Below, piece by piece: positions 50,651-64,000 of a stretch of DNA of 64,000 nt; positions within the stretch are counted from its first letter, which is position 1, and every line of letters starts with the position of its first letter. A program made the translations under genes and the position numbers. The DNA lies in contig NC_042997.1 in assembly GCF_006345805.1 (NCBI RefSeq), forward strand, positions 26,908,001-26,972,000, in the 5' to 3' direction. This DNA comes from Octopus sinensis (Eukaryota). The notes beneath the pieces were generated by a model. The model was not told where the DNA came from. It saw nothing but the letters and a program-made list of their open reading frames with translations, and ran no database searches.

Positions 50651-53600
50651 GAAATATTTAATTTTAAATGTGTAGCAAGGTATGAAGTTCAAGGTACATC
50701 ATGGCTCATAGTTCATCCTGTTCCGGAGGGTATGGGAGTTAATCCATATTCCCGTGAAGGTACCTCCTTGCGCGTATTCTTAGGTATGTCCATAGTTCAG
50801 AAAGCGGGTTGAGTAAGGCATTGAGATGAGAGTAAGGAAACGCAGGTCTAGTACCTTGATATTCACGCGGATAATGGGAGAAACGTCAGCAAAAATCAGT
50901 CAGAGATCATCTGGAGTTTACAATTTGTGATAAAGACTGTTAGATATACAAAAGAACAGCATAATAGATATGTAGATCTGAGTGAAAGGGGAAGGTTTGT
51001 AAATATAGTGTGCATATAAACATACATACACACACACACACACCAAGGTATACATACATATGCATGCATATATGTACGTAAGTTTAATGTGTTCATTCAT
51101 GGAAACACACACACACATTCACACACACGCACGTACGGGCATGGAGACATATTCGTTCAGAGCAACCAACGAAAGCGTAAATTAGGCATAAACTCGTATA
51201 GCGTACATAACAGGATGATGCTCGCTTCAGTAGGTATCAAATAAATTTCAGTCTAGTTTTGAACACCTATTCATTCAATCATGAGACCTTTGCTTTATAA
51301 AATGTCTCGTGCTTTGCATGCTAACAATTCTAAAGAAAGTAAGAGTTCAAAATGTATTTTGCGTGCCTAATTTTCTGTTCCTTAATAGCATCAATTGTTA
51401 AATCAACATTAGCATTGTAGAAAAATTAATATGTCACTACTATCTAAATTTATATATGGTTAAGTGTATTGCTACTGTTGAAAAAGAAAAATAGACTGTT
51501 ATGAAGTAGCCCTGAAGGCTCCTTTTTTGGAGAAATGGCACCACCAGTTTTGGTCGCAGATTTTAATTCTCAATGGTCGGATGATGATCAGTTCGGCAGA
51601 CTATTTCCATTTATGAAGAGATAGAAGCCTAGGATATAACCAATTTGTCTACTTTTCAGTTAGTAACATTTTATTTTCGTCAATAACATTTGACTTACAT
51701 TATGAAGTATATAAAGGTGCGTATATGTGTGTGTTTATGTGTTATACATGTGTATATTTCTGAGCTTATGCATGTACATATCGATTATTGCTTGACTAAA
51801 TACTGATCTGAAAATTTAAACCTGAGTTTTTGGCGATTTAGAGAAACTTATACAACGTGTATACAGCTTCGTGTTTGAAAGCGTTAAGTGGATGTATAGA
51901 ATTAAATATATTTACTACTATTTCATAACAACATAATTCAAGAAGCAGTCGTTCAATTTGCTGAGCAATTTCTATCATCCTTGCCTAATTATATTTTGTT
52001 TCGGCCATAAGCAAACTAGATGACAATGTGACAGATATGCAGTCAGATGCGAGCGCATTCAATACAGAGCAGGGATGTGTGGTTTAGACTTTCGTTTGAC
52101 TCCAACTTTCTTCTGAATTCTGTTCTATGACTGACGCCTTACACATGTGTTAAGGACGACATCGACACAGTGATCAAGCATTGTAACTGAAATTCGATAC
52201 AGAGATAGAAACTGTATAAAAACTTTGTGTAGATGAAATGTGTGTTCCATTTGTAACACCACTGCCTGATCTTAGCATGATCTTAGTGGATCCCGAGCTG
52301 TTACATGTATTCGGGTAAGGTCGCATATCTGAAGATAATTGCCTACATCTTTTCCACAATTGGTGGCTTATATAAATGTTATGGCTGCTAATGGTGATAT
52401 TGTCCTACTTTAAAAGAAAGGATTAAAAGTTCAGCTATGACTGGCCTTGGTTAAAGAGATAACTTTAACGATAATGTACAATACAAATGATCGATTTCTT
52501 TGTTAGTAAAATGTAGTTAACCTATGAGCCAGATGAGTGAAACTGGGAAAGTGTAAACCGTCATTCATTATTGGCAAAAATATATTCTCTAGTCATATTC
52601 TACTGACACAAATAGTTGACATAATGCATATTTTATCCCTAGATATACTACCTGAATAAAAAGTAGGTTGGGTAACTACTTTAATCTCTTTAATGTTTTC
52701 GATCAGATATAGTTTACATCTAAAACACATCTACGAATTAGACTGCTTCTTAGACTTAACTAATTATCTGTCTTACAGTAAATTATTAGTTGACTCAATG
52801 TATGAAGCGGTGTTAAATGTGAATATCCCCAATCTTTGTTACTTAATGTACCTTCATTTAATTAAAGCCCGAAAAAGCTCAGCACCTACCAAGAAGTGTA
52901 TTTCTTCCTGTTTATATATAAGAAATAATTTCTTAATGGGTTGTGAGCGACTAAATCTGTGTGTTACTGATGAAGCGTAACCGCGCATATATACGTGTTT
53001 TACAGTTCGAGGGCGTCATACACAGCCCATGTGTTTCTTTTGTACACATGATCTATAACGAAAATTTACTTTTCGAAACGATTACCGCAACGAAGTTTTT
53101 CCATGTTTGAGAGTAAATAAGGTTTTAAATATATACGCACACAGCTTTATTATATGAATGAATGTTTTTATCACACATCGAGACATTAAGGAACGTGAAT
53201 TTTCATTGTTAACAACTATACATTGTACATGTAAATTATATTTCTAACACTAATACTAATAGCAATCTTCTTATTTGCTCCATTATTCGGTATGATAGTT
53301 CATTGTTCATTTTTATGAGAATTCAGTCTCTATTTCGTTAATGCACAATTGAGAAAGCAAAGGGAAATCTCACCTAAAATACTTTTGGCAGATTTGTACT
53401 AAATAGAAAGATTTATTAAAATGTTTCAGCAACTGATACAATAATAATTCTCAGTTGTTTTAATCCAAATTTAAAACAACAGAGAGTTTAAATATTTCAT
53501 TTTAGCAGCCATTGAAACATCACTGATATATAAAATGATTTTTATTTTATATCGTTACATAAAACATTTACTGAAGCATACAAATAATAAGACAATCTAT

Positions 53601-56600
53601 TGAAATAATTATATACTGTGTCTGAAAGTGAAGGAAATTTAAAGCATGAAATTCAATTTCTTTGAAATTCACGTTATAAAAAATATGTCTAAACTCTAAT
53701 TAAAATTATACAATAACAAAAATTTCGAAATATTTTTTCAATAAATATATATGAATACTTGCCAAATAAATTGTTTTTGTTGGTACACTTTGCATAGTAG
53801 ACGTTAAAAACATAAGAATTGAATCTAGTTAACGGTTTTCGGGATAGAATCACGACATATAATTCTCTTAATCTTTATTAATTTTGTTTTTCGTACCGCT
53901 TTGTGCTGGAGAGCGTATCAGTTCGTCAACATCTGCTATGTTCTCTGGTTATGTGGATCGTTTTTTTTTTTTAATGCGAAATATGTTGCTAACCTATTGC
54001 TAAATCTCTTGCCATTTCCCAAAATAAAGGAGCACTAGATTGAAAAGGCATTTTCATATCTCAGTGAAGCAGATTGTAAGAGAAAAGAAAAGAAAAAAAA
54101 ACTTTCCGGCGCTTGTTTGGGACTTTATTTATCAAATCTTACCAGATCAAATGCGAAGATCATTTCACCCGTATTCCAACCCAACACGCAATAAGTGGGT
54201 ACATTACCGCAATGCATTTCTCGTCGCTCTAACAATTACGTCACTCGACTGCCTTAGTGTTAATAGCTACTTAAGGCTAGATGAGAGTTGCTATAGGAAA
54301 CTTTTTTGTTCTTATTATTTCAGTCCAAATCAGTTTAAAACCAGATCTATGATCAGAGGTTGCTATCACGATGACATAGCTTTTCGTTTCCTTTCTTTCC
54401 AAACGTAGTGATTTAAAGTTATCCAACGTGCCCATTTTTTTTATACAACCGCATGCATGATATTACACGTCAAATGACCAGGAGGAAGACCACTTAGCTG
54501 TACATGGGGTTATGGATTTTGGTCACTCATACAATGTAGTGCAGATTGAAGCATACATGAACCGTTATTTTATCAACTCGTAGTCCAGTACCAAAATTAT
54601 TTTGCCACATGCAATTTCCAGCAAAGTGTAAGATAGGTTTCATTTGTAGTTTATCATTTATCAATAAAAAAAGCGATAAATAGATTACACATCCGAATAT
54701 CCGAATATGCGGACATAAATTACACGAATGCATAAGATTGCGATATAATAATATTTGATATGATTAAACTATAAAATTACTTTGATGTAGCTTTTTACCA
54801 TAATTTCATCGGCAATAACGGCAGAATTTTGATGCTGTATTAAAAAAAATGATATAAACAAGTGGAAAGATCACTTTTTTCGTATTTCTTGTGAAGCAAA
54901 AGTTTTTATTTCTACAATTTTAAGAGTTTTTATTAATTTCGTTTTTTAAGTTGTCAGTGATTTTTTTTTTTCATATTTTACTGATTTTCTTTTACACATC
55001 AATGTGTATGAATTCAATTTACATACTGAAATTATCATTATGTTAGTGTTTTTTTTTAATAAATCAATATTTTATTTTACAAAAAAAGAAAACAAAACAT
55101 ATGCATATTTCGCAGAGGCATAGAATTGATTCAATGAGCAGTGGTGCATGAAATGTTCTTATGAAAGAGTGAAGGTGCTCTCACAGCCAAAGAAAGAAAC
55201 AACCACACACTCACTCAACCTCGTACATCTACTAACCCAAAACCCTCCGAAATACTCTCTTACAAGAGAGAGAAAGAGAGAGAAAGAGGAGAGACGGACG
55301 GGGGAAGGAAAGAGATGGAAAATGAGAGAGTGGGGGACAAAGAGAAATGTTACAGTGAATAATAGTTTTGAATAGTGACTTTCTAGTTTAACAACTAGAA
55401 ACGAAAATGAGATATTCAACGGTTCGAATAGCGGTCAAACAGTGAATTTTTGAAGCAGAAAACTACTCTAACCAGCGAGAGCAGAATATAGTATTCGAAA
55501 CAACGATGACAACCATTTGTAGGTGATGTCTCTACACAAAACAATGTGCATATCAAAAAGAAATCAAAATTTCAGTACCAAAACTTCACTTAAACATGCA
55601 TGCCCTCACTCACAAGTAAAACGCAGCACAAAAAGGAGGGAATTATTCCCATTCTTTTGCTGCCAAACTTCTCAAATCCTGCCGCAACCACAGAAACAAT
55701 CACCATACTTCAATTAAAAGATGGCATCTATAAATTAGTATCTTTTATCATAGTCTCAGGATAATTGATGCCTTATGAAAGGAATTTGAGAGACGAAAAC
55801 AAGAGAAAATCCGTTAGCCTTTCAAGCATCAAATTGTCGCATTTATTCATTCACTGAAAGTCTTCTGGAATTAATCAGAAGCCAGATACAGTTAATGGTA
55901 ATTTTATTTAAATAAACTAAAAACACTGGATTTCCAATATCCTTATGTAAAGAAACCATGCGTATATTTTACGTTATGATTATCTTCAAGGAATGAAGTA
56001 TGCACGCTCAAATACAGCCGAAAATATCTTACAATGCGGAGCTCTCTAAGAGAAAAGTTACCGGTTGTACACCTTGAAATACCGAATAGAGATTTACGTT
56101 GCAATCAGACACACATGAATCTTATTCTGAGTTATTTAATCAAAGAGATCAATCAACTTAAGTGTTTGCTAATTAGGGATTACTTAAAGCTACAAACAAT
56201 ATCAATGCGGAATTAATAATAAACGAAAATGACAAATTTCAAATATGACCATATAAAGAAAATATACAGTAAAGAAAACAACAGTAACATTCGTCCCATC
56301 TAGGACTGCCACATTATGTTGGCAAATAGTCTTTACTTTTTGAAATACTGTTACTGAATATCTCTCTTTGAGAGATTTAGAAATAATAACGTTTCTATTT
56401 AGAAACTTATTTATATACTTATATATTTATCTTCTGTAAGCTTTCAGTACATTTAAATATTTTTGATAACTTTTGACTTCAGCCGGTATAAAAATAGACA
56501 TACAAAATGTTGTGCGCTGTTACCAGTTATTCCACTACTGTTTGAAAGAACAACGGAGATAAAACCGATAAGCATGTAATTTAGAAAGAAATCTCTATGA

Positions 56601-58047
56601 TATTTATTCCACTCAAGTGACAGGGAATATCCCATGTCACTAGGTCATCATCAACGTTGTGAACGTGAGATCGGTACGTTGTAAATAGATAATGTGTTGT
56701 TCAAAAGATCTGGGAAACCGACTTTGTGAGCTTGTATTAAGTTATGAATCCCGAAAGACAAGTTAATTTCATCTTGCACGTTTCATGACATTGATAAATC
56801 CACATTCAGTACATATATACGACAATTTCGGCTACTCCACATTGATAAGAGGCAACCACCTCGAAACTAGTTTGTGGTTTCCAGACCAGCAAGGGGAAGC
56901 CGTTGACTCCCCTGTTCGTAGATTATAATGGACGCAGGTTTGTGTGTCACATGGCTAGCTAAAGGTGATGGCATCTTGGAGGTAATCAACGGCAGCATTC
57001 GTCGTATTTTTCTGGCCTGCCATGTTAGCTTGGCGATAACTATTAATATTCAGTACCGCTGCCGTAGTCTCCTTTTGAGAGAATTAGAAATAATGATATT
57101 TCTATAATTAGCATATCGACGTACAAAACAAGTACACTTTCAGAAAAGTCAACAATCCTTTAGCAAACACTTTCAATATAACTATTATGGTTCGTAGTAG
57201 AACTCAACACATCTTCGATCAACAGCATAGCAGTGTAGACTGAGAATGTACAGAAAGCCTAATTAAGATGTAAAGCGATTTTATGCTGTTAAAATCTCGA
57301 AACACTTCTGATGTTGTCACTATATAAATATGCAATATTTCGCCGTTGTAAATTCGCTATACCTCCTATAAGTGTCTGACAAAAAAAAAAAAAATGACAC
57401 TCATACAGAAATGCCTTCAGTATAAAATTATCTTTTAATTTTTTTTCCGTTATTCTTAAGCAATTAACAAGAAATCTTGAGGGAAAGAAATAATTTTAAT
57501 TGTGGAAGAGAAAAGGCATCTATTGTACTGTTGTAACGTAGCCTACTTTTATTGTTTCCACAGTACATCGCCCCCAGAAGAATCTATAGGCATACATAGG
57601 ATAGTGTGAAAATGTATAAGATCACTGTATAGCACGCTATACAACATTTAAGTTCACGACGAGTCTCGACGTGGTGGCCCACCTATTCAATTATAGCAGA
57701 TATTGATAAACGTTAAATACCACCTTATCGTTTCGAGAAAAAGGGTACATTGTAAAATGGGGCATGATCCAAAGATACGATTATGGCTAGAAGTCCACTG
57801 ATGATGAATCTGCTTAATCATAGAAGAATGGGCTCGAAACAACAAAAGCAATAACAACACCTCGAGCGTGTGCACCCCACCCCCATACAAAGACACACAC
57901 ACACACATGTATATACGTATGTATGTGTGTATATATGTGTGTTGAGCCTGTTTACATGTATATGCTACTTTATTGACTGCTGCATTAAAAATCTTTACAT
58001 GACAGAAATTAACACCGAATATATCGCCACTAGAAAAAAACTCACAT

Positions 58048-58090
<43 letters not shown>

Positions 58091-58225
58091 GGGTGTGTAT
58101 GTGAGTGCTTGTTATAGTAAAGGAAAAAGGATCAGAAAAACCAAGGCAGGTCGCGTGTTTTTAAGTCATTTAGACTAAAATGAATCTGAAGTCTTACAGC
58201 TGTTTCTGGGTAACCCAAGCGATAA

Positions 58226-58542
58226 GCTACCGTGTTTGTACACTGGGTATTATGTCACCAGAAACAAGGTGAATATGCATGAAAATTCTATACAGGAAAA
58301 TTCACGGTTTATAAGTAACAAAATAGAAGAATAAAGAGTAAAAGTAGATAGAATATAGACAGGGGAATAAAGTTCACACGTCATCTTTTTCCAGGGGCTA
58401 TGGAGGTTGGTCCGTACATATGTGAAATCCTTTAGTTATGATCCCTGATAAATTTTATTCCTTACAAAACTGTGAATTTCCCTGTATAGAATTTTCATAC
58501 ATACTCACCTTGACGGAATATCCAGTGTACGGACATGGTAGC
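58226..58542. mobile_element. MITE-like foldback with ~85-bp imperfect arms
   Basis: GCTACC...GTACACTGG...CAAGGTGAATATGCATGAAAATTCTATACAGG..ATAAG vs CTTAC...CCTGTATAGAATTTTCATACATACTCACCTTG...CCAGTGTAC...GGTAGC. Confidence 0.7.
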
Positions 58543-58781
58543 CTATGACTTCAGGTACTGTCTTGGGTTTTGTGGTTCTTTTTCCTCTAATATAATACAT
58601 ATCTGCCAACACAGAAGTCTAATACGGATCTTTAACTCCAGCTTCAGCTGTGAACTTGGAACCTAACGGATAAACAGTCATTGTACTTAATGTACTTGTA
58701 CTTATTCATTTAGATCACACGTGAGCTAATCCACTCATATTCTCTCTCTCTCAATATATATATATATATATATATATAATA

Positions 58782-61435
<2,654 letters not shown>

Positions 61436-61460
61436 CATAATAAATAATATCAGGATAATA

Positions 61461-61761
61461 AAAATTATAGAACTTTTACTACCAGTAGCCTAGCGTACAA
61501 GAAAATTAGTCAATAGACTATATATTATTCATGTAAAATACAGTGTACATTAAAACATATTAAGAGGCTTCCATCAGAGGAATCTATTACGCTAGAAAGA
61601 CCAGTTAAAGTTCAAACCCCTAATTAGGGATAAATTCTCGACTGTATGTTATATGAAAAATATATAGTTTATTGACTTATTTTCTTCTACGCTAGTCCAC
61701 TGGTAGTGAAATTTTCTATAATATTGGAAGCGTCTTAATGTGTTTTAATGTACACTGTATT
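61461..61761. repeat. Permuted inverted repeat A-B...rc(A)-rc(B)
   Basis: A 61461-61531, B 61537-61573, rc(A) 61654-61724, rc(B) 61725-61761. Confidence 0.8.
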
Positions 61762-62604
61762 ATATATATATATATATATATATATGGGGGGGTGCTCACT
61801 GGTGATCTAAACGAATAGGTACGCTGAGTAAACGCTATGATTGTTCACCCGTTATGTCCCAAGTTCACAGTTGAGGATGTATATATATATATACACACAC
61901 AGAAATAGGGAGATCAGCAAGAATATCTTTGTGCTTCTGTGGATTGGACGTTGACTTCCCAGCCGGTGTTCTGACTGCTGGAGCTCATAGCTACATCTTC
62001 GAACAGGGCTTTAGACTCTATTCAATAGAGCAAGAGAAGATGCTGAAGACTGGTCAATCCCACGCTGGAGAGGGCTGTTGCTACAATGCTAGAGGTGTGG
62101 TAACAGGATTCGGCTCGTTGCCGTGCCTCTTGAAGTGGTTGTCGGTGAACCAGCCCCGATTTCTGGCCTCCCACCCTTGATTGTAACCGTAATGATACTA
62201 GAGCGCGGTTTAGAAAGGCACCGACTGTTCACTTCGCAACGCCAAAGCCGAGTTTGAAGCCGAGATCAAGGTGTTCAAAGACCTTCCCATGCTCAGTGAT
62301 GAATGCATGCGCATGGTTTCGGAACCGTCTTGAGACCATAGTAGAATGTAAGGACGTCTGCGTTGAACATATTATTATCATGGAACGATAGTCAAATTGC
62401 ATTTTGCTATAAATACTTTATTTTTGAGAGGATGTTGCGTTTCCTTTTCCGTTTATGCAAACTGTCAAATTTATCTCGAACACTCTATGTATATGTGCAC
62501 CTATATACGTTTCCCCAGATATATATATATATTATTATATATATATATATATATATATATTAATATATATATTATATAATATATATATTATATATATATA
62601 TATA

Positions 62605-62646
<42 letters not shown>

Positions 62647-63817
62647 ATGTATATGGCGGGGAAAGAGCGAATCTGCTTGTGTGAATACATGCATACATAT
62701 ACATGTTTACTTTTGGACTTTTGGTTCTTTATTCTTTCAATTAAATCATAGACACTTATCGCAGTCCTCGTTTTATTGTTAATTAATTAATAAACTGATT
62801 AATTAATTATTGATCGGTTTGTCAATATATATTTCCCCACACACCATGTTCTTCAGTTCTTGCAATTCAGAAAGAAGAGAACATCTCTGTTCGAGGAATA
62901 AGAAAATATTAAAAAGGTCAAGTCTGTGTATAGAAGGTCTTTCGAAAAGCAATCAGTCAATAATTAATTTATTAATTAACAAGTTAATTAAAATTTAAGA
63001 TGTGAACAAAAACCAGGGTTGTTTTTTTATTGGGAAAATGGAAGGAAACAATATTGTCGGTCGCAAATCAGTATGACTTGGTAGCATGTACCGTGCTTAC
63101 ATCAATTTTTAGGTGTCCGACACTGAAAAAACTTTTGGCTTTTTAACTCTTGATCTAGTGGAACGAGAAGCGTGGGACAAAGAGAGAGTGAGTGGGATAA
63201 AGAGAGAGTGAGTGGAAGAAAGAGAGAGGGGAGGAGTAGTGGAAAGAAAGACAGAAAGAGCTATGCTAGCACTGAGAAATATACATTCACGAGATGAGTG
63301 ACGTAGAAGAAGTAATTTTTCCATGACCATTACATCGTTAATTTTATGACGCAGCTAGAAAATGGCAGAAATACAAATACATTCATATATAAATACATGA
63401 TTATACACACAGAGATAAACAGACACGCGCACACACACACACACACACACACACCACACACACACACCATACACACATGTGATCACGTGTTTCATGTCAT
63501 CAAGTACATTTGCATATAAACAGGTGGCGTGTACGGGCGCGGTCTGTTTGCGTGTGTGTGTGTGGGGGAGGGTTGTACATGTTTGTTATACGTACTTGTA
63601 AACAAGGCATAGAAAAGGGAGATTTTTCATTATTCAAAGTAGAATCATATAATTCACACAAAGCTAAAACTAAGATTTTTTTTGTTTCTCAGTTTCTCAT
63701 TCTGGAACGTTTGCCAATTACAGTAAATGAAATATAAAATCCGTAATATAATAACCATAGAGTGAAAAGTATCAAAATATCATAGCGGTCACCGATTTGA
63801 TAGTATGAAATAAAAAA

Positions 63818-64000
63818 TCTTTATATATAAAAGTCAAGTTGTGTGTCTGTCTCCTACGATTTAGATTCCTAACTACTCCCACATTTTGCGGTGTAGTTTA
63901 ACCAAAACCGGATATCTTATAGTCGTGATTCATATCGAGCCCTTCTGGGTATTAGCGCGCGTCTACGATGAGCCTACGATTTAAAAAAAAATTACCATCA
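63818..64000 (+). mobile_element. Second copy of the 8720 Helitron family, cut by window end
   Basis: A|TCTTTATATATAAAAG start; near-identical to 8720-8905. Confidence 0.85.

Noticed and set aside
56922-56981. Candidate exon IIMDAGLCVTWLAKGDGILE
   Set aside because: Phase is incompatible with the 52233 candidate, and there is no homology evidence.

Overview
AT-rich, repeat-dominated eukaryotic DNA, most likely an octopus (Octopus sp.). The taxon is my recognition of the SINE families, not a database result. I find no intact host gene: most of the ORF track is microsatellite translation, and the recognisable peptides are transposon relics (RTE RT, two R4/Dong-like CCHC-RLE C-termini, a Penelope-like RT, a Tigger/pogo C-terminus). 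The window also holds tRNA-derived SINEs, non-autonomous Helitrons, MITE-like foldbacks and many simple repeats. Four things stand out. (1) A ~5.9-kb array of ~51 x 116-bp units amplified from the 3' tail of one SINE (14160-20063). (2) A nest of same-orientation retroelement 3' ends, each tailed by (TAA)n (22028-25445), one with its own coding sequence tandemly amplified at the 5' truncation point. (3) Several (AT)n-embedded direct+inverted structures of Penelope pLTR type carrying hammerhead-ribozyme motifs; the best is at 7449-7525 (-). (4) Several near-perfect hairpins. Two phase-compatible candidate exons (46461-46545, 52233-52314) hint that the window may be intronic, but this is unverified. 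All coordinates and counts were read by hand and may be off by a few nt.
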